Shown here in pieces: positions 1-7,650 of a stretch of DNA of 29,470 nucleotides; the first letter of the stretch is position 1, and each line of letters starts with the position of its first letter. The stretch comes from a virus (taxonomy: Duplodnaviria; Caudoviricetes): positions 1 to 29,470 of the IMG/VR virus record IMGVR_UViG_3300030060_003306; one strand, given 5' to 3'. The notes under the pieces are model-generated. The model was not told the origin of the DNA, ran no database searches, and saw nothing but the letters and a program-made list of their open reading frames with translations. A program made the position numbers and the translations under genes.

Positions 1-5
1 ATAAT

Positions 6-143
6 CTATCTGCCCTGTCCTCTATATTTTGTGCCCTTGTAATATTTACCTTGTTTTTGGTTCGTATTTCTATTCTTACTGTGTATGCCTGGTCTCTTTT
101 TTTTCGGTTTAAAGGAATATGTACTAATGTTTTTTCTCGCCAT
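6..143 (-). CDS. small basic protein (45 aa) ending in YRGQGR; not in ORF track
   Basis: Hand translation: MARKNISTYSFKPKKKRPGIHSKNRNTNQKQGKYYKGTKYRGQGR*. The start overlaps the 3' end of the holin gene. A C-terminal YRGQG is a recurrent motif of small basic marine phage proteins. Confidence 0.7.
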   Translation of the reverse strand: MARKNISTYSFKPKKKRPGIHSKNRNTNQKQGKYYKGTKYRGQGR

Positions 144-540
144 TACCTTTTACTTTTTCAAAACTCCTTCCACCAAAATATGCACCAATTATTGTAATTA
201 AAACTAATTGCAATAAAGATTTCCATTCGTCATCTACATTAAATTTTATTGAACCACTATCTATAAATATCATAAGCAAAGTTAAGCAAATGGTAATTAA
301 TAAAGTTAGTGGCCTTACATTTTTTGCCAACCAACTTGAATGTACCTGCGAATCCATTCCCCATCTTTCTGTAACATTTTTTTGCATATCTGCTTCTGCA
401 TTTATCCAAATTTGGTCCATCTCTTTTTGAAATTGTGCTTTTTCATCTTTTGTATGCACAAACTTATCTACGATACCAGATATTTTTTCTGCTACCGAGC
501 CACCTGCGTTACCAAATATTTTAGCTAAAATTTTACTCAT
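124..540 (-). CDS. holin, 3TM/GTA-type
   Basis: Motifs SWLAKNVRPL and IIGAYFGGRSFEK, two clear hydrophobic helices plus an amphipathic N-terminus; lies downstream of the endolysin. Confidence 0.8.
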   Translation of the reverse strand: MSKILAKIFGNAGGSVAEKISGIVDKFVHTKDEKAQFQKEMDQIWINAEADMQKNVTERWGMDSQVHSSWLAKNVRPLTLLITICLTLLMIFIDSGSIKFNVDDEWKSLLQLVLITIIGAYFGGRSFEKVKGNGEKKH

Positions 541-850
541 TTCTTAAATCATAAATTATATCTTGAATGTATTTTCTATCTATATCCAATTTAAAATCCA
601 ATCCTGCTTGGTAGGTTCTTACTATTTTACCATTTTTTTCTATTAATATAACAGGAACAGATTTAATCTGACTTTTTAATTTTTCGTTTTGGTCTTCCAA
701 CCAACCAAAATCATATTTTGCACTTCTGATATCTTCTAAATATAAAGTGTTTCGTTGATTCCATTTTGCATTTATTTGTACTATTCTTATATCCTGACTA
801 TATGTTGTATAGCTAAAAAATAAAAATAGAATTAAAATTAATTTTCTCAT
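533..850 (-). CDS. secreted thioredoxin-like-fold protein lacking CxxC
   Basis: Signal peptide MRKLILILFLFFSYTTYS|Q. IVQINAKWN and IKSVPVILIEKNGK resemble Trx strand 1 and the cis-Pro loop. No cysteines. Confidence 0.55.
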   Translation of the reverse strand: MRKLILILFLFFSYTTYSQDIRIVQINAKWNQRNTLYLEDIRSAKYDFGWLEDQNEKLKSQIKSVPVILIEKNGKIVRTYQAGLDFKLDIDRKYIQDIIYDLRNE

Positions 851-1149
851 CTTTTATAAACTTTATCTTCCAACTCCTTAATTCTCTCTTTGTTATCTAA
901 AATATTTTCTTTTAATCCGTCTGTTGATTTTTCTATTTGTATAATTGTGCTTCTTACCAATTCGTCTTTGAGCTGAAATTCCATTTTCTTTACAAACTCA
1001 TCTCCTGATATATTTTCTATTTTATTAGTTAAGTCGTCAATCTTACCTTGCAATGTAAAATATGTAGAAGCAACTGATAATGCACCAGCTACAATAATTG
1101 CAATAGTTTTTAAATCTAATTTAACTTGTGTGTTTTCGTTTAGTTCCAT
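847..1149 (-). CDS. single-TM coiled-coil protein (possible i-spanin-like)
   Basis: N-terminal TM helix (IAIIVAGALSVASTYF) followed by a heptad-rich region; located in the lysis region. Confidence 0.45.
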   Translation of the reverse strand: MELNENTQVKLDLKTIAIIVAGALSVASTYFTLQGKIDDLTNKIENISGDEFVKKMEFQLKDELVRSTIIQIEKSTDGLKENILDNKERIKELEDKVYKR

Positions 1150-1493
1150 TATTTTTTATCAATTTGTTTTAGTTTACTTATAGCCCAATTTATTCCTGCT
1201 GAACCACCCCAAGCATCCCACATTAAACCACCGCAACCTTCGGAATATGGAGTGTCCTTATTTTGCTGATGTCTCTTAAAACTTGCCATTCTTGCAATAG
1301 TGCTTCGTGTAATGTTTTTTCCGTCTGCCAATTGGCGTGCTCTTGTCCAACCAACTTGTGTGCCACAAGAACTTCCGTTTTTTTCTTTCCACTCAATAGC
1401 CCTTTTTGCATTATTTTTTGCACCCTTTGGATAGTCATTATATGATTCCAAATTAACTAATATCCTCGATATAAAGTTGTTTATTAAAGCCAT
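1149..1493 (-). CDS. conserved phage hypothetical protein (GTxVGxxRARQLA...AWGG domain)
   Basis: ATG at 1493 overlaps the upstream TGA (TGATG). I recognise the motif set YPKGAKNNAKRA / GTQVGWTRARQLA / WDAWGG from phage head-module proteins. Confidence 0.7.
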   Translation of the reverse strand: MALINNFISRILVNLESYNDYPKGAKNNAKRAIEWKEKNGSSCGTQVGWTRARQLADGKNITRSTIARMASFKRHQQNKDTPYSEGCGGLMWDAWGGSAGINWAISKLKQIDKK

Positions 1494-1645
1494 CAATAAT
1501 AAATTTTAAAATGTAATACGAGAAAAGCAAAATAGAAATTGATTTCTAAAAAATCATTTTCATAATCTTTTGGGTGAATTGTTAACCCAAATATAAGTGA
1601 TACCGATTCTTGTAATATTAGTGCAACCTCATATCGCTTTATCAT
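1493..1645 (-). CDS. small hydrophobic protein (50 aa); not in ORF track
   Basis: MIKRYEVALILQESVSLIFGLTIHPKDYENDFLEINFYFAFLVLHFKIYY*. ATGA overlap with the endolysin stop and TGATG overlap with the next gene; fills the gap exactly. Confidence 0.7.
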   Translation of the reverse strand: MIKRYEVALILQESVSLIFGLTIHPKDYENDFLEINFYFAFLVLHFKIYY

Positions 1646-2124
1646 ATTATATGATATGTAACGCTACTGCCACGATATTTTGCTCTTAATGTTCTATTTC
1701 GGTTGGATTTTTTACTTACATATGATACGTGAATCCATTTTGGAGATTCATCGTTTCCGAATTCCCAAATTAATTGGTCAAATTCTAAATTTTCTCTGAT
1801 ATATTCAAAAAGTTCGCCATTAGTTTTTTCGCCAATAGAGGATAAATCTATTGCATATCCGTCTATATGTTGCGATTTTAAACTGCCACCAATAGAGGTA
1901 TTTAATTCTTCACATCTATACATTGAATTAATCCTAATTGGGTGGTCTGCCCATTCTCTTAATGGCTGAAAAACTTTTTCTGCAACAACTTTCATATTCT
2001 TTAAATGTGCTTCTGTTGGCACATTCTTTATTTTTAGCTTATTAGCTGTTTGCGAATATGTAGCTTCCTTATAAGAAATGTTTTTGCTTATTGAATTATC
2101 TACTTTGCTTTTTGTTTTTTTCAT
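1642..2124 (-). CDS. endolysin, peptidase M15A (Zn D-Ala-D-Ala carboxypeptidase-like)
   Basis: Motifs SMYRC..LN..IGG, SQHIDGYAID (SxHxxGxAxD) and WIHVSY. Confidence 0.9.
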   Translation of the reverse strand: MKKTKSKVDNSISKNISYKEATYSQTANKLKIKNVPTEAHLKNMKVVAEKVFQPLREWADHPIRINSMYRCEELNTSIGGSLKSQHIDGYAIDLSSIGEKTNGELFEYIRENLEFDQLIWEFGNDESPKWIHVSYVSKKSNRNRTLRAKYRGSSVTYHII

Positions 2125-2263
2125 ACATTAAATACCATTTGTGTACTGTGTATCCAATTGATACAGCTACTAGTACAATTTTTAAAAAAAGGTCTATACT
2201 TGAAAAACTTATGCCAAGCGTAGTCAGGTTTAGACCATATATTTTTAAGTCAGTTATGTTCAT
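2096..2263 (-). CDS. small membrane protein (possible second holin/antiholin)
   Basis: Likely start MNITDLKI at 2263; TM segment LFLKIVLVAVSIGYTV and basic C-terminus; immediately upstream of the endolysin. Confidence 0.55.
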   Translation of the reverse strand: MNITDLKIYGLNLTTLGISFSSIDLFLKIVLVAVSIGYTVHKWYLMYEKNKKQSR

Positions 2264-2273
2264 TCCGTAAATG

Positions 2274-2516
2274 TTATTTTTTAGATTCATCTTCTTTTAT
2301 CTCGGTATAACTACCATCCTTTAAATCTATATTCACTTTACCATATTTTTCTTCAAGCTCTTTTTTTGCCCCCTCTTGTTCAGACATAATATTGCTATAC
2401 ATATGATTAAGTGCGTGTTTCTGCGTTTCCAATAAACCTAAATCGTGTAATATTGCACCTTTTTTTTGTTCTTGTTCTTGTAGTTCTTTGAGTTCTTCTT
2501 TAGTTATTTTACTCAT
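2274..2516 (-). CDS. coiled-coil hypothetical protein, possibly tail-fibre associated
   Basis: Helical E/K/Q-rich sequence ending LEEKYGKVNIDLKDG; directly follows the tail fibre gene. Confidence 0.6.
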   Translation of the reverse strand: MSKITKEELKELQEQEQKKGAILHDLGLLETQKHALNHMYSNIMSEQEGAKKELEEKYGKVNIDLKDGSYTEIKEDESKK

Positions 2517-2543
2517 TTTAAAAAATTTAATTATTAATAATTA

Positions 2544-2551
2544 CAAATATA
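2544..2551 (-). promoter_or_regulatory. Bacteroidota sigma-70 -7 element (TATATTTG)
   Basis: Exact match to TAnnTTTG in the intergenic gap upstream of 2516; no convincing -33 element seen. Confidence 0.4.
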
Positions 2552-2559
2552 TTTAATTT

Positions 2560-5500
2560 TTAGTAACCATTTATAGTAGAATCAAAATCAGTCATATTAA
2601 TTGTTTTAATTTGATAATTAACTGTACTACCACTTGAATTACTGATTGTAAATACACCCCCACTTTCACTAATTGTAATGCTATTTTCTTCTCTTTTACT
2701 TAATTCACTATATACATTTGCACCTTGTGTATGTATATGTGTAAATATACCAACTGCCCCACCTGCTGTTGCACTATTAGGTACTGCTGAAACTACTAAA
2801 AATCCTGCTGCCTGATTTCCTCCTGCTGTATTAGCATTATGGGTAGCTGAAGCACCATTTGCAATAGTTCCATTTGTTAAATTATGTCCTATTGGTTTTA
2901 TGCTATATAAACTTATAGCACCATTATTTTTTAATTTTACTCTTGTAGTATCATTTGTTTTTAAATCTAAATCATTATTAGTTGCAACACCTACAACACC
3001 TGCTGAAGATTGTGATTGTATAAATACATTAGCACCACTTGTTCTTGTAACTTCTAATTTAGCGTTACCCCCTGAACTTGGATTTATATTTACATTATCT
3101 CCTGCAAAAGTAAAATCTCCATCACTTGCCAATCTTAACCTTTCAACATTTGCAGTTTTATCAATTATTGTAAGAATACCTGTACTTTCAGATGCAAATC
3201 TAAAATTTCTTCCATTAGTGCTAGTGTTAGTCAAATCTAATTCTGTGCCTGTGCCCTGTAATGTTAATGTGTTTGCACTTCTTGTTTCTCCACCAATAGA
3301 CATTCTTCCTGTGTCTCTATCTATTGTCATTCTTGTTGTATCAACACTTGTTCCAACACCAATTTTAAAAACATTATTAGTTCCATCATATCTTATAGAT
3401 GCACCATTTGCAGGACTTGCAGTAGTTCCCTCGTGTAATAAAATTTTTGCATCACCTGCAGCTTGTTGAGTATTGATGTTTAATGTCATATCTGTGGTGT
3501 TTGATATAGACACATCACCTGAAAAATCAGAATTCCCTAAAGAATCTATTGTTAATCTATCACTTCCTGTTGTTTGTAATATTAAACCTTGTGCAGATTG
3601 ATTTGCACCAATTTCTGCATTTGATGTTGAGCTATTAACTTTTAAATCTAATCTTTTGTTTCCACCACTTGAAGTTTCTTCTAATCTTATTTGTGGATTT
3701 GCTTGATTTATTTCAATAGAATAGCTTGGACTTGAATCTCCAATTCCTAAATTTCCACCTGATATATTTAAATTTTTATGAGCAGTTGCATTACCTGTAT
3801 TATCAATAGTAAATGCTTCTTCACCTGCATTATCTCCATAATGAAAACCTAATACATCTTGATACCTAATAAGTCGCATTGCTTCTGTATAGGTACTATC
3901 TGATTCGTGAAAGCGTATTTGTGTTCCCTCTGTGTTTGTTAATATAATTCCATTTGTATTAGTTCTAAATTTTTCAACGCCACCATAATATAATTGAACA
4001 CTATCTGAATCGTTAATATGTATTGCAGTTAATCCATTACCCTCTTGTATAATTAAATCATTACCTGCTCTAATGTATAAATCTCCTGTTCCACCCTCTG
4101 TGATATATGAGTTGCTACCATCGTGGAATATTTCTAAATCAGCAGAACTTCCTACCCTTAACTTTGCATTGTCATTTAGTAAAAAGCTCTTACTAGATAC
4201 CATATATCCTAAAGTACCATCTAACCTAAAATATTCAACACTACCACCACTTCCATCATCACTTCTAAATGAAATATTTCCATCATCAGTAAAGTTTGTG
4301 ATTTCTAAATTACCTGTATAGTTATCAATTTTTCCTAAACTACCTGTATGCTCAAATCTCATATCGTGATTACTACCCATAGCTATTACTGCAGCATCAG
4401 GGAATGTTGTAAATGGTTGTGACCCACCACCATTACCATCACAATAAAAATAAGTTTCTCTACCACCTGAGCCATCATCACATTGAAACTCTATTCTTTT
4501 ATCATCTGCATCATTTCTTATATAAAGATGTCCTGTACTATTTTGAATATAAGAATCTGTGCCATTATGAAATAACTCTAAGTCTTGCCCTGCACCTAAT
4601 TTTATATTTTTACTATCTGCTAAAACTATGTTTGAAGCAAATGTAGCAGTTTGGTTATCATCAATAGTTAATGCAAGTGTACTAAGTGTGTAAAATCTTA
4701 ATCTATTTTGAACTGTGCTTCCCTCTATTGCAGCACTTCCTGATGAACCCCAAGATATATACTCTCCACTACCTACAATTAACTCTCCTGAAGCTGTAAT
4801 ATTACCTGCTGTTAAACCATCAATTACTAAACTTGCTGCTGAATATCCTGTACCTGATAAATTTACAGTAGTCGTTGGCTCGGTTGTAAGTCCTTTAAAT
4901 AATCTATATACTTCTGTACCACTTGAAGCATCCATAAATAACCCTGTATATCTTTGACTGCCATCATTATATCTACCATAAAAACCAATATCAACTGAAT
5001 TAGCTGAATTGTCTTTTGCTAAACTTATTAAAGGGTCTTCTACTGCAAGTGTTGATGTATTCACAGTTGTAGTTGTACCATTGACTGTTAAATCTCCTGT
5101 TATAACTTGATTTCCATCTACTTGTAAATTTCCTGTTATTTGACTATGACCATCACTATCAATTTTAAATCTTGCTCCTGTGTTAGTTATATCAAATATC
5201 TCAAAAACCCCTTGATTATTTCTTATTCTAAAATCATCATTATTATCAGAATCAATTAAATCAATATGTGGTAAATCATTAGTTATTGATATATTACCTG
5301 TTGAATCTATACTACCTAAAACATCTATTCCTCCGTTTTTGGTTTCTAGTTTCTTAACTGCATTATAAAATAGTTGTATTCCACCATCTCCTCTTGCTAT
5401 AATAGCATCTTCTCCACCTTGCGTGTAAATAAATACATCATCAGCGGCTTGTAATACTAAATCATCATTATCACTTTGAACATATAAATCATTTGTAATG

Positions 5501-7059
5501 TTTTTAATGTAGCTGTGAGTACCATCGTGATATATTTGCAAGTCGTTTGAATCTCCAAAGAAAGCACTACCTGAATCTGCGAATTTTAACTGACCTGTAC
5601 CCATTACAAGATTACCTGTAACTGAAACACCTGTTGAGCTTGTTTCAAATTTTTTGGAATTATCGTAGTATAAATTTACTGCACCATTAGCAATACCATC
5701 CATATACCATTCTCCATCTGCACTTCTTAAATTTAAAGAACTACTTGCTTGTATAAATAAATTACCTGTACCCTCATCTTTTATATAGGAGTTTGTTCCA
5801 TCGTGATAAATTTTTAAATCTCCTGCATTACCAAAATTTGCTTTAACATTATCTGCTAATTTATAATCTTTACTAAAAAATACAACTTCATTAGCACCCT
5901 GTAAGCTAAAGTATTCAGCATTACCCCCACTACCATCATCGGCTTGAAATATAATATCTTTATCATTTGCTTGGTTTCTAATTATAAAATCCCCAGTACC
6001 ATTTGATAAATAAGTATTTGAGCCATCGTGAAATTGTGCGTAATCCCCACTATTACCCATACCTAAATTAACACTATCATTTAGAAATAAATCTTTACTA
6101 AACACAATCTTTGTTGCACTACCATCTAATTTAAAATATTCTGTTGTACCACCGCTACCGTCATCAGACTTAAATATAATATCGTTGTCATCTGATAAAT
6201 TTTGTATAGTAAAATTTCCTGTATAATTAGTTATTAATGCTTCAACACCTGTATTTGTTATAGTTAAATCATTTGAATTACCAGAGGATAAAAATTCTCC
6301 ATCTGGAACTCTTACATCTCCTGTTGTAATTACATCTCCTGTAACTGTAACCCCTGTGTTTGTCGTTTCAAACTTTTTAGAACCATCATAATACAAACTA
6401 ACTTCTGCGTCAGCTATACCTTGCATCATAAATTCTCCACCATCTCCTCTTAATAATTGATAGTTTGAAGCCATAACTTGTAGATTGCCTGTTCCACTAT
6501 CTTGCATTATTGTATGGCTACCAGAATGATAAATTTTAAAATCTCCAGAAGCACCGAATTGTGCTTTACCATTATCCCCAAAAGATAAATTGCCACCTAT
6601 TGTTACATTTGTTGGTAAACCTATTTGTAATTGCTGACTACCTGCTGTGGTTTCTATTTCGTTTGCAGTACCTACGATTGCAAATACTTGGCTATCTAAA
6701 TCTACTGACCCTGTACCACTATCGCCACTAAAATCTAAATCCTCTAATGTTATTTGTGAGGTAACAAAATCTTTTACTGCTGCACTTGTAGGAATAGATG
6801 TGTCGTTGTCATTATTTCCTATTCCGTCAGCTTCATCTACAAATTTTGTAATTGTTATATTTTCCCCTGTGTCTTTTAACGAGCCAAATTCTAAAATATT
6901 TGTTACCTTAAAATCCCCTGCGTTGTTTAGATGTATTCCTGTTGCGTTACCAGAACCATCTGTTAATTCTCTTAATGAAGAACTAATTACTGCATTATCA
7001 ATGGTCTTAATAAGCCCTACATAAGTATTCGATATTTTAGTATTAAATAGACTTGCCAT
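2560..7059 (-). CDS. long tail fibre / receptor-binding protein
   Basis: 1499 aa, G/D/N/S/T-rich, with eight DLxIYHDGxNSYI-type repeats and GDLTVNGTTTTVN; lies between the head module and lysis genes. Confidence 0.85.
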   Translation of the reverse strand: MASLFNTKISNTYVGLIKTIDNAVISSSLRELTDGSGNATGIHLNNAGDFKVTNILEFGSLKDTGENITITKFVDEADGIGNNDNDTSIPTSAAVKDFVTSQITLEDLDFSGDSGTGSVDLDSQVFAIVGTANEIETTAGSQQLQIGLPTNVTIGGNLSFGDNGKAQFGASGDFKIYHSGSHTIMQDSGTGNLQVMASNYQLLRGDGGEFMMQGIADAEVSLYYDGSKKFETTNTGVTVTGDVITTGDVRVPDGEFLSSGNSNDLTITNTGVEALITNYTGNFTIQNLSDDNDIIFKSDDGSGGTTEYFKLDGSATKIVFSKDLFLNDSVNLGMGNSGDYAQFHDGSNTYLSNGTGDFIIRNQANDKDIIFQADDGSGGNAEYFSLQGANEVVFFSKDYKLADNVKANFGNAGDLKIYHDGTNSYIKDEGTGNLFIQASSSLNLRSADGEWYMDGIANGAVNLYYDNSKKFETSSTGVSVTGNLVMGTGQLKFADSGSAFFGDSNDLQIYHDGTHSYIKNITNDLYVQSDNDDLVLQAADDVFIYTQGGEDAIIARGDGGIQLFYNAVKKLETKNGGIDVLGSIDSTGNISITNDLPHIDLIDSDNNDDFRIRNNQGVFEIFDITNTGARFKIDSDGHSQITGNLQVDGNQVITGDLTVNGTTTTVNTSTLAVEDPLISLAKDNSANSVDIGFYGRYNDGSQRYTGLFMDASSGTEVYRLFKGLTTEPTTTVNLSGTGYSAASLVIDGLTAGNITASGELIVGSGEYISWGSSGSAAIEGSTVQNRLRFYTLSTLALTIDDNQTATFASNIVLADSKNIKLGAGQDLELFHNGTDSYIQNSTGHLYIRNDADDKRIEFQCDDGSGGRETYFYCDGNGGGSQPFTTFPDAAVIAMGSNHDMRFEHTGSLGKIDNYTGNLEITNFTDDGNISFRSDDGSGGSVEYFRLDGTLGYMVSSKSFLLNDNAKLRVGSSADLEIFHDGSNSYITEGGTGDLYIRAGNDLIIQEGNGLTAIHINDSDSVQLYYGGVEKFRTNTNGIILTNTEGTQIRFHESDSTYTEAMRLIRYQDVLGFHYGDNAGEEAFTIDNTGNATAHKNLNISGGNLGIGDSSPSYSIEINQANPQIRLEETSSGGNKRLDLKVNSSTSNAEIGANQSAQGLILQTTGSDRLTIDSLGNSDFSGDVSISNTTDMTLNINTQQAAGDAKILLHEGTTASPANGASIRYDGTNNVFKIGVGTSVDTTRMTIDRDTGRMSIGGETRSANTLTLQGTGTELDLTNTSTNGRNFRFASESTGILTIIDKTANVERLRLASDGDFTFAGDNVNINPSSGGNAKLEVTRTSGANVFIQSQSSAGVVGVATNNDLDLKTNDTTRVKLKNNGAISLYSIKPIGHNLTNGTIANGASATHNANTAGGNQAAGFLVVSAVPNSATAGGAVGIFTHIHTQGANVYSELSKREENSITISESGGVFTISNSSGSTVNYQIKTINMTDFDSTINGY
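3950..6582 (-). repeat. eight degenerate protein-level repeats of two types in the tail fibre
   Basis: Type A ends V.LYY...KKFET (4 copies) and type B ends IIF..DDGSGG..EYF.LDG (4 copies). Order A-B-B-A-A, spacer, B-B-A. Boundaries approximate. Confidence 0.8.
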
Positions 7060-7141
7060 AATTTATCTTTATTTTTTTATCTTCTTTTTTTAAAAAAGTT
7101 TTTAATTTCTCAATATTTTTCTTTTTTGGTTTATATGTCAT
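7043..7141 (-). CDS. tiny Lys-rich protein (32 aa); not in ORF track
   Basis: MTYKPKKKNIEKLKTFLKKEDKKIKINYGKSI*. ATGA overlap with the upstream gene; ends just inside the tail fibre gene. Confidence 0.45.
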   Translation of the reverse strand: MTYKPKKKNIEKLKTFLKKEDKKIKINYGKSI

Positions 7142-7650
7142 AACACCCAACCGTTAAATGTAGCGTCATTACTTGGATTAATATCCTCGTTACTATTGCT
7201 TGTGTACTCTGGATAATCACTATTTCTAAAACTTATATAATCTATAAATCTCCTTGTGTACCACTGTGCATTTGTTCTTGCTTTTTCAACCAAATAATCA
7301 ACTTCATTCTTTGAAACAGTTTCACTTGTCTCGCTTGTGTGTTTAAAAATTCCACCATTCCTAATTTGGTATGCTGCAAAAGGAATATAATCCACTTGAC
7401 TATACCAAATCAACATTGGAACTATATAATCATTTAAAAGTGTTTTATATTTTGCGTTTGCATTTAAGTCAATATCGCCACTTGTAATTAATGTTCCAAT
7501 CTTATTATATAACTCCGTTCCGAGATAGTTTTGTATATGTATCTCTTGTGCAAGTTTTATAAATTGTATGAACTTGTCTGTGTCTACATTCCCATCCATT
7601 ATGGAGTTGCGAATTAAATCTGTTCTATTTATAAAAAGTGCCGTTGCCAT
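7138..7650 (-). CDS. putative head-tail connector/adaptor
   Basis: Directly downstream of the portal (TAATG overlap); helical 170-aa protein. Function inferred from synteny. Confidence 0.5.
   Translation of the reverse strand: MATALFINRTDLIRNSIMDGNVDTDKFIQFIKLAQEIHIQNYLGTELYNKIGTLITSGDIDLNANAKYKTLLNDYIVPMLIWYSQVDYIPFAAYQIRNGGIFKHTSETSETVSKNEVDYLVEKARTNAQWYTRRFIDYISFRNSDYPEYTSNSNEDINPSNDATFNGWVL

Noticed and set aside
1223-1438. Nested minus-strand 71-aa ORF as a possible embedded o-spanin
   Set aside because: No signal peptide or lipobox Cys, and it lies inside a motif-rich gene.
2560-7059. Diversity-generating retroelement acting on the tail fibre
   Set aside because: No reverse transcriptase and no near-identical adenine-mismatched repeat pair seen; the repeats are old and at protein level.
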